From a virus, in IMG/VR virus record IMGVR_UViG_3300017706_000970, positions 24,996 through 88,995 of that record: a stretch of 64,000 bases of DNA; one strand, written 5' to 3'. The notes beneath the pieces were generated by a model. It did no database searches, was not told the DNA's origin, and saw only the letters and a program-made list of their open reading frames with translations. Shown here in pieces: positions 10,433-20,240 of this stretch (its first letter is position 1; every line of letters starts with the position of its first letter). Both the position numbers and the translations under genes were made by a program.

Positions 10433-12996
10433 TGCCCGGATACACACTATCTAACTTGGGGATCACCGAAACCTTTTATGGTTGGTTCACAAAGACTAAC
10501 GATATTATTGCACAACTAAACTCGGTCTCTGGACAGGGTGTTTCAGCTGCTGGTCTTTCTGGTGATAATTTAATTATTACATTAATTGACGGTAGTACGT
10601 TTGATGCTGGATCCGCAGTCGGTCCTACTGGAGATGCTGTTGCTGGTGCTGCCATAACAAATGGCGAACTGATCTTTACTCTGGATAGTGGAATCGTTAT
10701 CAATGTGGGTAATGTTGTGGGTCCAACGGGAACAACCGGACCGATAGGTCCAGCAGGATCAACTGGTCATACAGGTGCTTCAGGTCCAGCGGGTGAGGGA
10801 GTCCCGACCGGCGGAAATGTTGGTTATGCACTGGTCAAAGCCTCAAACACTGATCGAGATACAGAATGGTCTGACATTACCAGTCTTTCTAGATCACATC
10901 CCGGTCAAATTGGTGGGTTCGAAGCAGGAACCGGAGACTTAATTTTTGGTATTGGTATTTCTCAAGATAGTCTCGCTAGAGATTTATATCCTCGTTGGTC
11001 AACTAACTATTATCTCTCAGAGGTTCACACAGGGCCCGGCGTCTCTCAAGAGGGTGCCAAGGGATTATACTCAGTTGCCCTACAGATGGATGGATATACA
11101 CAGGGTTATGACGACGGGTTAACATCTGGTATAAAAGTACTAAACTTCTTAGAATCTACAAGACCATTTGAATCTAATTACTTCACTCGTGGTTCTTGTA
11201 CTGGAGAAACATTAGACGGACCTCCCGGATTCTACTGGAACCGTATGAAGTATTTCCCAACAACAAAACTTCAACCAATCTATGTTGCTAATTATTGTAC
11301 AGTAGATAAGTATCTCATGTATATTTCTGGTTACACTGGAGGAGCAACCGCAACTGCGGGTAACCTTTCGAAGAGAAGGGGAACCTACGGTTGGTTTGGT
11401 ATGATTCCAATGCAAAGTTTTCCAGTGGGAACTCCATCTAGTGAATCTACAAACTTTGATGGATTCGTTAATGGATCAACCTGTGCATACTTATTCAGAC
11501 CACAGGGAGCTGCATTAAACTCAGGCGGAGTTGGTATCTCGGTTACCGATTCGAATTTTGATGTTGATGGTATTTCATATGGATCATGGACTGGTGATTA
11601 TGTTAGAGAGGTAACTCCGGGTAGAACTGGACCAGTTGCACTTTACCCTGAGTCAAATGGTGAATTGGGATTAGGATCAGGATTTACTCTATCTCCCGGT
11701 TGGTATTATCTTGCTAGTGAAATTATTCCTGCTGCTTGGTTTAGTGTTGGTTCAGAGATAGATCCACTGAAAGACGGTGGTGTAACCGATCAGGGATTAT
11801 TGGGTGATGATATTATTATCACCCATACTAATGCTAGTACCAGTCAAGGTTCTTCTGATATGTTTGGACTGAATGGATTTGAACTAGCCCCCGAGGGAGA
11901 AAGCACTGGGGTTGGAGCTCCGTTTACACCTTCTGCTTATCTAGGAATTGCATCACTTACGCAAGACATGGAAACTATTCCAACTGGTCTTCCCCCGTAC
12001 CTATGGTATACACAGGGACTTTCTGGTGCTTCAGCAGAAGGTAGATTTGGATCTAGTGGTTCTGATCTTTTCTTTGTTGGTCACAAGGGACTTCATCCGT
12101 TAGATACGTCAGTTGACACCGATGGTGCAATCACAGTTAGAGCTCAGAATGCTGAACAGGCATCTGCTCCAAGAATTGCAATTTCTATTGCTAGTTCTTC
12201 TTCACAATTAGATTCGTTACGACCATTGGTCAATCCACAAGCAGAACAACAAGAAGCAGAAAAATGCATTGCTTTCTGGGATGGTCATGTAAACCCACTA
12301 ACAAACCCCGGAAACGCCGGTGGTGCGGGTGATCCGGGTTATAGTGGAGATTGGACTGGTGGACTAGACGGAATTGCGTGGACATACGCATTGTTCGGTC
12401 AAACATACAGTGATGGAGTTAGTGCGGGGTGGACATTCGAAAGTGTAAGATGCCCAGACGGAACTTGTCCAGAGTTCCTCCGACCTCCTGCTCACGGAGG
12501 TACATACGGTGTTGTCGGAGGTGACAGAACCGGACTACCCGGTAGTTACAGTTCGTTCGACTTAAACCCTCAAGGACTGACTACTGCTGGTATTACAGGT
12601 AGCACCGCTGAAGGATTTATTCGAATTACCGGAACAGGTGGAGATATATTCTACTATGGATTTGGTTTAAATGTTGCTGCTAGAGGACATGGTGTATCGG
12701 GCGCTACCGCAGCAGGATGTACTGGTGCTATTACGGATCCGGCCGAAGGCGGTGGTTTTAATGTGATCTATAGATTCCCGATCGGCGATACCATCTCGAT
12801 TCCGGGCAACAACTCTCTACCGGTAGATGGTTTAGGTATTGACGCGAGCATTTCACTCTTTGTGAATGCACAAGAAGATATTCACAAGAAATGGTTCGGT
12901 ACTGTTTCCGGATCAGAGAAGAACCACTTGGTTCACTTCACGGGAACATTTGGTTGTTCTGGTGATGGTGGATATCCAGTTTATACAGGACCATAA
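10432..12996 (+). CDS. fibre/whisker-like virion protein with short collagen stretch
   Basis: N-terminal TF..W..KTN.I motif, GPTGTTGPIGPAGSTGHTGASGPAG repeats, GG..GYAL.KAS..D.DTEW fibre motif. Confidence 0.65.
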   Translation: MPGYTLSNLGITETFYGWFTKTNDIIAQLNSVSGQGVSAAGLSGDNLIITLIDGSTFDAGSAVGPTGDAVAGAAITNGELIFTLDSGIVINVGNVVGPTGTTGPIGPAGSTGHTGASGPAGEGVPTGGNVGYALVKASNTDRDTEWSDITSLSRSHPGQIGGFEAGTGDLIFGIGISQDSLARDLYPRWSTNYYLSEVHTGPGVSQEGAKGLYSVALQMDGYTQGYDDGLTSGIKVLNFLESTRPFESNYFTRGSCTGETLDGPPGFYWNRMKYFPTTKLQPIYVANYCTVDKYLMYISGYTGGATATAGNLSKRRGTYGWFGMIPMQSFPVGTPSSESTNFDGFVNGSTCAYLFRPQGAALNSGGVGISVTDSNFDVDGISYGSWTGDYVREVTPGRTGPVALYPESNGELGLGSGFTLSPGWYYLASEIIPAAWFSVGSEIDPLKDGGVTDQGLLGDDIIITHTNASTSQGSSDMFGLNGFELAPEGESTGVGAPFTPSAYLGIASLTQDMETIPTGLPPYLWYTQGLSGASAEGRFGSSGSDLFFVGHKGLHPLDTSVDTDGAITVRAQNAEQASAPRIAISIASSSSQLDSLRPLVNPQAEQQEAEKCIAFWDGHVNPLTNPGNAGGAGDPGYSGDWTGGLDGIAWTYALFGQTYSDGVSAGWTFESVRCPDGTCPEFLRPPAHGGTYGVVGGDRTGLPGSYSSFDLNPQGLTTAGITGSTAEGFIRITGTGGDIFYYGFGLNVAARGHGVSGATAAGCTGAITDPAEGGGFNVIYRFPIGDTISIPGNNSLPVDGLGIDASISLFVNAQEDIHKKWFGTVSGSEKNHLVHFTGTFGCSGDGGYPVYTGP

Positions 12997-12999
12997 TCT

Positions 13000-13281
13000 A
13001 TGCCGGGAGTCGCAAGAATAGGAGATGGTACAAATTCAGAAGCAAAGGTCGGTCCAAAACCCGGATCTACTAATGTCTTTGTAAACAGTCGATCAATTGC
13101 AACTGAAGGTAATTCTTTTCTAACTCCGCACCAGCATGGACAGAGTACAATTACTTCTACTTTTGTTGGAACAGGAAATCAGAAAGTTCTTGCGAATGGA
13201 AGTCCTATACTGAAACAAGGAAGTCAAGCTTTGTGTGGTCATAGTATCATAGAATCTTCCCCCAATGTTCAAACGGGTTAG
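13000..13281 (+). CDS. PAAR-repeat spike-tip protein (gp5.4-like)
   Basis: MPGVARIGD, GS.NVFVN, PH.H, V.ANG, CGH.I..SSPNV. Confidence 0.8.
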   Translation: MPGVARIGDGTNSEAKVGPKPGSTNVFVNSRSIATEGNSFLTPHQHGQSTITSTFVGTGNQKVLANGSPILKQGSQALCGHSIIESSPNVQTG

Positions 13282-13290
13282 TCTTTCGTT

Positions 13291-13298
13291 TATACATA
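13291..13298 (+). promoter_or_regulatory. probable late promoter variant TATACATA
   Basis: One mismatch to TATAAATA, intergenic, upstream of GGAGG RBS of gp13. Confidence 0.55.
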
Positions 13299-13317
13299 GT
13301 ATAACGGAGGTGTATAG

Positions 13318-14067
13318 ATGAGCGTAACATCAAGAGAAGAACTCAAAGAATACTGCTTGCGAAAGTTAGGTTTTCCTGTCGTTGAAATTAACGTGGATGA
13401 TCAACAAGTAGAAGATCGAATTGATGATGCTATCGAACACTTCACGGAGTATCACTTCGACGGAGTAGAAACTCGATACCTAAAACACCAAATTGTTGCA
13501 GATGATGTAACCAATGGATATCTGGATATGAATCTGGTAGATCCAAGTGTGGTTTCCGTTGTTCGTGCTTTTCAATTTGGAAGTGGAGCCGCAGGTAACT
13601 TCATGGGTGTCAAATACCAAATGGCATTCAATGACTTCTACGGTCTTCGTAACGGCGGTACACTTCAGTATTATGATCAGGTAATGAGACACATGCAAAT
13701 GATCTCAGACTATCTCACACCAGAAAAGAAAATTCGTTTCAACCGAGTAACTAATAAGTTATTCCTTGATATGGACTGGTCAGAAGAAGTTTCGGTAGGA
13801 GATTATCTGATGTTTGAGTGTTATGTTGCCGTTGATGGTGAGTCATACAAAGAACTATATAATGATCGTTTCCTTAAAGAGTATGCCTCGGCCCTCATTA
13901 AAAGACAGTGGGGTTCGAACCTCTCGAAGTTTGAGGGAATGCAGTTACCCGGTGGTGTACAGTTCAACGGACAACAAATGTTTCAGGATGCACAAGAAGA
14001 AATTAGAAGGCTAGAAGACGAGATGTCTCTCAAGTATGAACTTCCACCAGACTTTATGACGGGATGA
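13318..14067 (+). CDS. gp13: neck protein
   Basis: SREELKEYCLRKLGFPVVEINVDDQQVEDRIDDA, YHFDG, KRQWGSNLSKF.G.QLPGGV. Confidence 0.93.
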   Translation: MSVTSREELKEYCLRKLGFPVVEINVDDQQVEDRIDDAIEHFTEYHFDGVETRYLKHQIVADDVTNGYLDMNLVDPSVVSVVRAFQFGSGAAGNFMGVKYQMAFNDFYGLRNGGTLQYYDQVMRHMQMISDYLTPEKKIRFNRVTNKLFLDMDWSEEVSVGDYLMFECYVAVDGESYKELYNDRFLKEYASALIKRQWGSNLSKFEGMQLPGGVQFNGQQMFQDAQEEIRRLEDEMSLKYELPPDFMTG

Positions 14068-14070
14068 TAA

Positions 14071-14724
14071 ATGGGAACTAATCCGTTCTTCAACAAAAAA
14101 CCACACACTTCTTCAAGTGTTCTAGAAGATCTCACCGTCGAAACCATTCGAATGTATGGTCGAGATATGGTCTACCTTCCACGAACACTCGTTCGAGAAG
14201 ACACTATCTTCGGTGAAGACAATGCCTCTATCTTCTCAGATGGTATGCAAATGGAAATGTACATTGATTCGATTGATGGGTTTGGTGGTGGAGATCAGAT
14301 TACACAGTTCGGTTTTGAAATTCAAGACACCGTAGATCTTGTAGTTGCAAAGAGAGTTTTCCGCGATAACTTTGTTGGTTCTGGTTCTACGCAGATTCAC
14401 CCGCAAGAAGGTGATTTAATTTACTTTCCGATGTCTCGTTATATCTTTGAGATTAAATTTGTAGAACATGAAAATCCTTTTTACCAGTTAGGTAAACTCT
14501 ACACATATAGATTATCCTGCGAACTCTTCCGTTACTCACACGAGAAACTGGATACAGGTTGGTCTGCGATCGATGGTCTAGAAGATGCGATCGATGGTGT
14601 CACTGGTGCCTCTGGAGATATTATTCCACAGGACGGATATGGTACGAACTCCGACATTAAGACTGATGGTGATTCAATTCTCGACTTCTCAGAGAATGAT
14701 CCATTCTCGGAGGGTAACTACTGA
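14071..14724 (+). CDS. gp14: neck protein / head-tail connector
   Basis: E.I.MYG.D..YLPR, P.EGDLIYFP, FEIKFVEHENPFYQLGK, DFSE.DPF. Confidence 0.92.
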   Translation: MGTNPFFNKKPHTSSSVLEDLTVETIRMYGRDMVYLPRTLVREDTIFGEDNASIFSDGMQMEMYIDSIDGFGGGDQITQFGFEIQDTVDLVVAKRVFRDNFVGSGSTQIHPQEGDLIYFPMSRYIFEIKFVEHENPFYQLGKLYTYRLSCELFRYSHEKLDTGWSAIDGLEDAIDGVTGASGDIIPQDGYGTNSDIKTDGDSILDFSENDPFSEGNY

Positions 14725-15629
14725 TGTTTCAATCACACTTCTATCATGAGACAATAAGAAACACTGTTGTAGCTTTCGGTACTTTATTTGATGATATTAA
14801 AATACAAAAGTTAAATGCGGATGGTACTGAACGAGTAAGTATTCAGGTTCCTCTTGCTTATGCTGCAAGAGAAAAGTACATTGAACGGTTAAAACAAGAC
14901 AACCGATTAAACGATGACGAATACCCAAACGCACATGTCCAGATGACGCTGCCTAGAATGTCTTTCAATATGACATCTCTGAATTATGATGCAAGTCGAA
15001 AGAGAAATACAATTCACCGCCGTCGTGTCAAGGATGTTGAAGGTACACAAGGACAATTATCATATCAGTACGCCGAAGTGCCATATAATATGGGTTTTGA
15101 ACTTGGTATCTATGCGTCTACATTTGAAGATGGATTACAGATTGTAGAACAGATTGTTCCATACTTCACTCCAGAATTTAACGTAACCTTTCAAAAGGCT
15201 GGTGGAACTTCTGATATTAACAGCAAGATCGATTTGCCTATTGTGTTGGATAGTGTAAACTTAGACTATGACTTCCTTGGTGATATGGAAACAAGAAGAT
15301 TACTAAACTGGACACTCTCCTTTAATGTAAGAAGTTATTTGTATGGTCCGACTAGAAGAGACAAGACAATCATATACACAAAGTCCACTTTGTTTGATCT
15401 CGGAGACGGATTAACTTCTGGTCAAGTTGCAGGACTCTGTGGAGCAACGGGAGCAGTGGCTAGAATTGATATTGGAATATCGGGCGGTACTGGAATCTTT
15501 ATCGATGGTTCTCAGACAGATCCATCTGCTATACCACCTTATACATTTACACAAACTGAATATCAATTCAACAATCCATCTGGATCTGGAACTGGTGATG
15601 TGATTGATGGAGGAGGAGAAACTGTATGA
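14724..15629 (+). CDS. gp15: tail sheath stabilizer/terminator
   Basis: FYHETIR..VVAFGTLF, VPLAY...EK, LPRMSF, YD..RK, QIVEQIVPYFTP. Confidence 0.92.
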   Translation: MFQSHFYHETIRNTVVAFGTLFDDIKIQKLNADGTERVSIQVPLAYAAREKYIERLKQDNRLNDDEYPNAHVQMTLPRMSFNMTSLNYDASRKRNTIHRRRVKDVEGTQGQLSYQYAEVPYNMGFELGIYASTFEDGLQIVEQIVPYFTPEFNVTFQKAGGTSDINSKIDLPIVLDSVNLDYDFLGDMETRRLLNWTLSFNVRSYLYGPTRRDKTIIYTKSTLFDLGDGLTSGQVAGLCGATGAVARIDIGISGGTGIFIDGSQTDPSAIPPYTFTQTEYQFNNPSGSGTGDVIDGGGETV

Positions 15630-16075
15630 GTGAAGATCGTGTAGATAAAAATCTCAATGAGGTATTTGAGATAGAACCCGTGGTAGTTGATGCTGAAATT
15701 ATCGAACCAGAAAAACCAAAACAAGTCGGTGATCAAAAGGCAGAGAGAGATTTTCACGAAGTTCGTGGGTCTCTCAAAGATATCATAGATCGAGGCAGTG
15801 AAGCCATTGATGGTATTCTTCAGGTTGCCTCCGAAACGGAAAGTCCGAGAGCATATGAAGTCGCAGCTCAGATGATTAAAACCGTCGCAGATGCGAACAA
15901 AGATCTCTTAGAGATTCACAAGAAACTCAAGGACATCAATAAAGAAACAACAACAGTCAACAACACCACAAATAATTCTCTATTCGTTGGTTCAACTAAA
16001 GAACTTCAAATGTTCTTGAAAGAACAAAAAGAAAATATGATGCTGGAGGAGAAAGATGCCGAGGTCGGAGACTGA
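15626..16075 (+). CDS. gp16: terminase small subunit
   Basis: SPRAYEVAAQMIKTVAD.N..L, NNSLFVGST.ELQ. Confidence 0.92.
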   Translation: MSEDRVDKNLNEVFEIEPVVVDAEIIEPEKPKQVGDQKAERDFHEVRGSLKDIIDRGSEAIDGILQVASETESPRAYEVAAQMIKTVADANKDLLEIHKKLKDINKETTTVNNTTNNSLFVGSTKELQMFLKEQKENMMLEEKDAEVGD

Positions 16076-17684
16076 TCATTACTTAGGCAACCCATTATTA
16101 AAGGCTGCCGGAGTAGAACAACAATTTACACAAGAAGAGATCAAAGAATACATCAAGTGTTCTCAAGATCCTATTTTCTTTATCAAGAACTACATTCAGA
16201 TTGTATCACTTGATAAGGGTCTTGTTCCATTTACTCTATGGGACTTTCAAGAAGAAGTTGTAGAGACCGTTCACAACAATCGTTTTGTCATTTGCAAGTT
16301 CCCGCGTCAGACGGGAAAGAGTACGACAATGATCGCATACATCTTGCACTATGTTTTATTCAATGACAATATGAATGTAGCAATTCTTGCTAACAAACTT
16401 GCAACTGCACGAGAGTTGTTGTCTCGATTGCAACTGGCATATGAAAATTTGCCGAAGTGGTTACAACAGGGCGTGATATCATGGAACAAGGGATCGATCG
16501 AACTAGAAAACGGATCCAGAATTATCGCTTCTGCTACCTCGTCCAGTGCAGTTCGTGGTGGATCTTTCAACATGATTTTCCTTGACGAATTTGCTTATGT
16601 TCCACATGAAGTAGCTGACGAGTTCTTCAGTTCAGTCTACCCCACCATTTCATCTGGTAAGGATACTAAAATTCTAATCGTCTCCACTCCAAGGGGTATG
16701 AATCTGTTTCACAAATACTGGGTGGGTGCAAACAAAAAAGAAGGCGAACCGGGCAAAAATACATACGTTCCTATCGAGGTGCATTGGTCACAGGTGCCGG
16801 GTAGGGATGAGAAGTGGAAGAAGGAAACAATTGCCAACTCGTCAGAAGAACAATTCCGTACAGAATTTGAATGTGAGTTCTTGGGTTCAGTAAACACTTT
16901 AATCTCTCCTGCTAAATTAAAATGTATGACATATGAGTCTCCAATCATGAAAAGAGAAGAGGGTCTAAAGGTATACAAAAAACCGGAAAAGGATCGACAG
17001 TACTTTATCACTGTGGACACCTCCAGAGGTCTAGGGCAGGACTACCATGCATTTGTTGTGTTCGATACTACTGAGAGTCCATATCAGATCGTAGCTACGT
17101 TTAGAAATAACGAAATGGCTCCGATGGTTTATCCAAATGTGATATACCAGACCGCTAAAGAATACAACGAAGCACAAGTTTTATGTGAGTTAAATGATAT
17201 CGGCGGACAGGTTGCGGACATTCTTCGTAACGATCTTGAATACGAGAATATGTTGTCTACTTCTATGAAGGGTAGATCGGGTCAGGTTCTCGGTGAAGGA
17301 TTTGGTCAGCAAGTAACTTACGGTATGAAAATGACTCAACCAGTGAAAAAAATTGGTTGTTCTACTCTAAAGAGTTTCATTGAAACCGATAAGATGATAA
17401 TTAACGATTATAATATATTGGAAGAGTTAATCAACTTCGTTTCAGTTCGTACTAGTTACGAAGCAGACGCTGGTCATCATGATGACTTAGTTATGTGCCT
17501 CGTCATATTTGCGTGGATGACTACTCAGAAGTATTTTCAAGAGTATTTTGATGTTGATCTTAGAAAACAATTATACGAAACTGAAATGAAAACTATCGAA
17601 GAGGATATGATGCCTTTTGGGTTTATTCAGGATGGATTAGAAGATCAAGGAGAGATCGATGCAGAGGGTGATAGGTGGTTTTGA
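16056..17684 (+). CDS. gp17: terminase large subunit
   Basis: YLGNP.LK, Walker A PRQTGKST, Walker B IFLDEFA, HDDLVM nuclease motif. Confidence 0.96.
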   Translation: MPRSETDHYLGNPLLKAAGVEQQFTQEEIKEYIKCSQDPIFFIKNYIQIVSLDKGLVPFTLWDFQEEVVETVHNNRFVICKFPRQTGKSTTMIAYILHYVLFNDNMNVAILANKLATARELLSRLQLAYENLPKWLQQGVISWNKGSIELENGSRIIASATSSSAVRGGSFNMIFLDEFAYVPHEVADEFFSSVYPTISSGKDTKILIVSTPRGMNLFHKYWVGANKKEGEPGKNTYVPIEVHWSQVPGRDEKWKKETIANSSEEQFRTEFECEFLGSVNTLISPAKLKCMTYESPIMKREEGLKVYKKPEKDRQYFITVDTSRGLGQDYHAFVVFDTTESPYQIVATFRNNEMAPMVYPNVIYQTAKEYNEAQVLCELNDIGGQVADILRNDLEYENMLSTSMKGRSGQVLGEGFGQQVTYGMKMTQPVKKIGCSTLKSFIETDKMIINDYNILEELINFVSVRTSYEADAGHHDDLVMCLVIFAWMTTQKYFQEYFDVDLRKQLYETEMKTIEEDMMPFGFIQDGLEDQGEIDAEGDRWF

Positions 17685-17696
17685 AAAACTGATTTT

Positions 17697-17704
17697 ACTA
17701 AATA
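17697..17704 (+). promoter_or_regulatory. late promoter variant ACTAAATA
   Basis: In context GATTTTACTAAATA, identical to the site before gp22; upstream of the gp18 AAGGAG RBS. Confidence 0.7.
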
Positions 17705-17743
17705 TCATGACTATATTGAGATATTCTCACAAAGGAGAGCACA

Positions 17744-19579
17744 ATGGCCTTTCAAGTAAGTCCCGGCGTACAAGTAAAAGAATTAGATTTAACCACGATC
17801 GTTCCCACTATTGCCACGACCCCAGCGGGTTTTGTTGGATTATTCTCATGGGGGCCCGCAAATGAAGTTGCCACTGTTTCTTCTGAAAACGAATTGAGAG
17901 AACTCTACGGCGAACCAAATGACGCAAACGCTGCACACTGGTGGACCGCCGCGAGTTTCCTTCGTTACGGAAGTAACCTCCAAGTCGTTCGTGCAGAACC
18001 AGACACATCACTAAATGCCGGTCACGGAACATCAGGAAAAGATGGTGTAACTGGATGTTTCCCACTCACAGATAAACTCGCATCAACCACCGGACCTTTC
18101 CAGAGTACCCAATATTCTTCCGGAACATTCGTTGCAAGATATCCCGGTAAACTCGGCAACTCAATCGGTGTTGCCGTTTGGGATAGTGCCGCAGCAGGAA
18201 CCGGCGGTGTAGACGGTGGTACATTTGCAGGATGGGGTGTGGTAGGAGCTACCGGAACATGGGCATCTTACTTCCGCGAGAAACCAGACACATCACAGGC
18301 TGCACAAAACGCCACTGGAATTACAACTGGTTTTAATGACGAACTTCATATTCTCGTTTTTGATGCCGACGGTAAACTTACTGGAACAAAGAACACTCCA
18401 TTAGAAATTTACGAAGCTGTTTCCAAAGCAACAGACGCCAAACTTCCAGATGGATCTACGAACTACTATCGCAACCGAATTAACAATCTTTCGGAATATA
18501 TCGCAGTTACAAAGGCTACAGAACAATCATCACCAACTGGTGATGGAGATACGATCGGCGAAGTATATGATGGTGCGGCCGGTAATTCCTTTGGTGCGTT
18601 CTTCAATCCTACTATCGGCGACGGGACCGGTGCAACAGCCAGCCGACAACTTCGAGATGGTCAACAACTCGCAGGTGGTACTGCCTCTGGTGGTGAGATC
18701 GGTGTTACGAGTGAAATCACTCTTCAGTACGACGCTATCTTCGACAATGCTGAAGAAAGAGACGTATCCTTCCTTATCTCCGGACCAGCTGATACCACAC
18801 TAAAGAATAGTCTCGTATCGATTGCTGAACGCAGAAAAGATTGCATCGTAACTCTATCACCAGATTCCGATTCGGTTGTAGAAAAAAGTTCAGGACAGGC
18901 CACGGAAATTCTCGCCGATGCAGCTGCCGTCACAACTAAGTCATCCTTCGCTGTTATGGACAGTGGTTGGAAACTAGTCTACGACCCATACAACGATGTA
19001 TACCGATATGTCCCACTAAACGGTGACATCGCCGGTCTCATGGTTGCATCTGATCAGGATTCAGAACCTTGGTTCTCTCCTGCCGGTTTCAACCGTGGTA
19101 GACTACGAAACGTAATTAAGCTTGCATACAGTCCCAACAAGGCTGACCGCGATGCTCTCTATGTTAAGGGAGTAAACCCAGTCGTTGCCTTCGAATCAGA
19201 AGGTGTAGTGTTGTTTGGTGACAAGACCATGCTTGCGAAACCAAGTGCATTCGACCGAATCAATGTTCGTCGTCTGTTCAATATTCTTGAGAAATCAATC
19301 GCCACTGCTGCGAAGTTCTCACTCTTCGAATTCAACGATGAGTTTACAAGAGCGTCCTTCCGCAACTTGGTCGAACCATTCCTCAGAGACGTTCAAGCAA
19401 GAAGAGGTATCTTTGACTTCAAGGTTGTTTGTGACGAATCAAACAACACACCAGTCGTGATTGATAGAAACGAATTTGTTGCAGACATTTACATCAAACC
19501 AGCTCGTTCCATCAACTTTATTACTCTGAACTTTATCGCTACCCCAACTGGTGTAGACTTTGAAGAAATTGGTGCTTGA
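17744..19579 (+). CDS. gp18: tail sheath protein
   Basis: MAFQVSPGVQVKELDLT, PWFSPAGFNRG, FDRINVRRLF, IYIKPARSINFITLNF. Confidence 0.96.
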   Translation: MAFQVSPGVQVKELDLTTIVPTIATTPAGFVGLFSWGPANEVATVSSENELRELYGEPNDANAAHWWTAASFLRYGSNLQVVRAEPDTSLNAGHGTSGKDGVTGCFPLTDKLASTTGPFQSTQYSSGTFVARYPGKLGNSIGVAVWDSAAAGTGGVDGGTFAGWGVVGATGTWASYFREKPDTSQAAQNATGITTGFNDELHILVFDADGKLTGTKNTPLEIYEAVSKATDAKLPDGSTNYYRNRINNLSEYIAVTKATEQSSPTGDGDTIGEVYDGAAGNSFGAFFNPTIGDGTGATASRQLRDGQQLAGGTASGGEIGVTSEITLQYDAIFDNAEERDVSFLISGPADTTLKNSLVSIAERRKDCIVTLSPDSDSVVEKSSGQATEILADAAAVTTKSSFAVMDSGWKLVYDPYNDVYRYVPLNGDIAGLMVASDQDSEPWFSPAGFNRGRLRNVIKLAYSPNKADRDALYVKGVNPVVAFESEGVVLFGDKTMLAKPSAFDRINVRRLFNILEKSIATAAKFSLFEFNDEFTRASFRNLVEPFLRDVQARRGIFDFKVVCDESNNTPVVIDRNEFVADIYIKPARSINFITLNFIATPTGVDFEEIGA

Positions 19580-19593
19580 TTTTAAAAATCTCG

Positions 19594-19601
19594 TATAAAT
19601 A
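19594..19601 (+). promoter_or_regulatory. T4-type late promoter TATAAATA
   Basis: Exact match, intergenic before gp19. Confidence 0.85.
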
Positions 19602-19627
19602 AAGTAGAAAGAAACTAGGAGTCCCAA

Positions 19628-20215
19628 ATGCCTTCACTAAAAGTCGATCAGATTAAACAAGTTCTTAAGGGCGGTGTACGAAGTAATCTCTTCCAAATCA
19701 CCGTTAACAGAACGGCTTCAGGAGTTAATGTTCCTGCCCTGCCGTTCGGTGACAACGGACAGAACCTTTCTGTTCTTGTGAGAGCTGGTCAAATCCCAGC
19801 GTCTACAATTGCACCAATCGAAGTTCCATTCCGTGGAACCAGATTCAAGACTGTAGGTGAGAGAACATTCGAGCCATGGACAATGACCGTTTATAACGAT
19901 CAGGAGATGCAGATTCGTGGATTCTTTGAAGAGTGGGCAAACGCCATGAAGGGGTTTGCTTCGAACGTAGGTCAACAAGATCCAACCACTCTGTTTGGTA
20001 TTGTTGAAATTCGTCAACTAAATATGGCAGGAGAGATCATCGGTCAACCTTGGGTACTTCAAGATTGCTGGCCATCAGACATCAGTGCAATTGATCTCTC
20101 AAATGATGCAGAAGGTGCCTTATCAGAGTTCTCCGTTACTTGGCAATACCAGTACTGGACACATCAACCGTTTACTGATGGTCCCAACATTGATGTCAAC
20201 AACGCCGGTCTTTGA
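19628..20215 (+). CDS. gp19: tail tube protein
   Basis: GG.R.NLF, IEVPFRG...K..GERTFEPWT.TV.ND, EF.VTW.YQYW. Confidence 0.93.
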   Translation: MPSLKVDQIKQVLKGGVRSNLFQITVNRTASGVNVPALPFGDNGQNLSVLVRAGQIPASTIAPIEVPFRGTRFKTVGERTFEPWTMTVYNDQEMQIRGFFEEWANAMKGFASNVGQQDPTTLFGIVEIRQLNMAGEIIGQPWVLQDCWPSDISAIDLSNDAEGALSEFSVTWQYQYWTHQPFTDGPNIDVNNAGL

Positions 20216-20240
20216 TATATTTTAACATGAAGGAAGTGAT

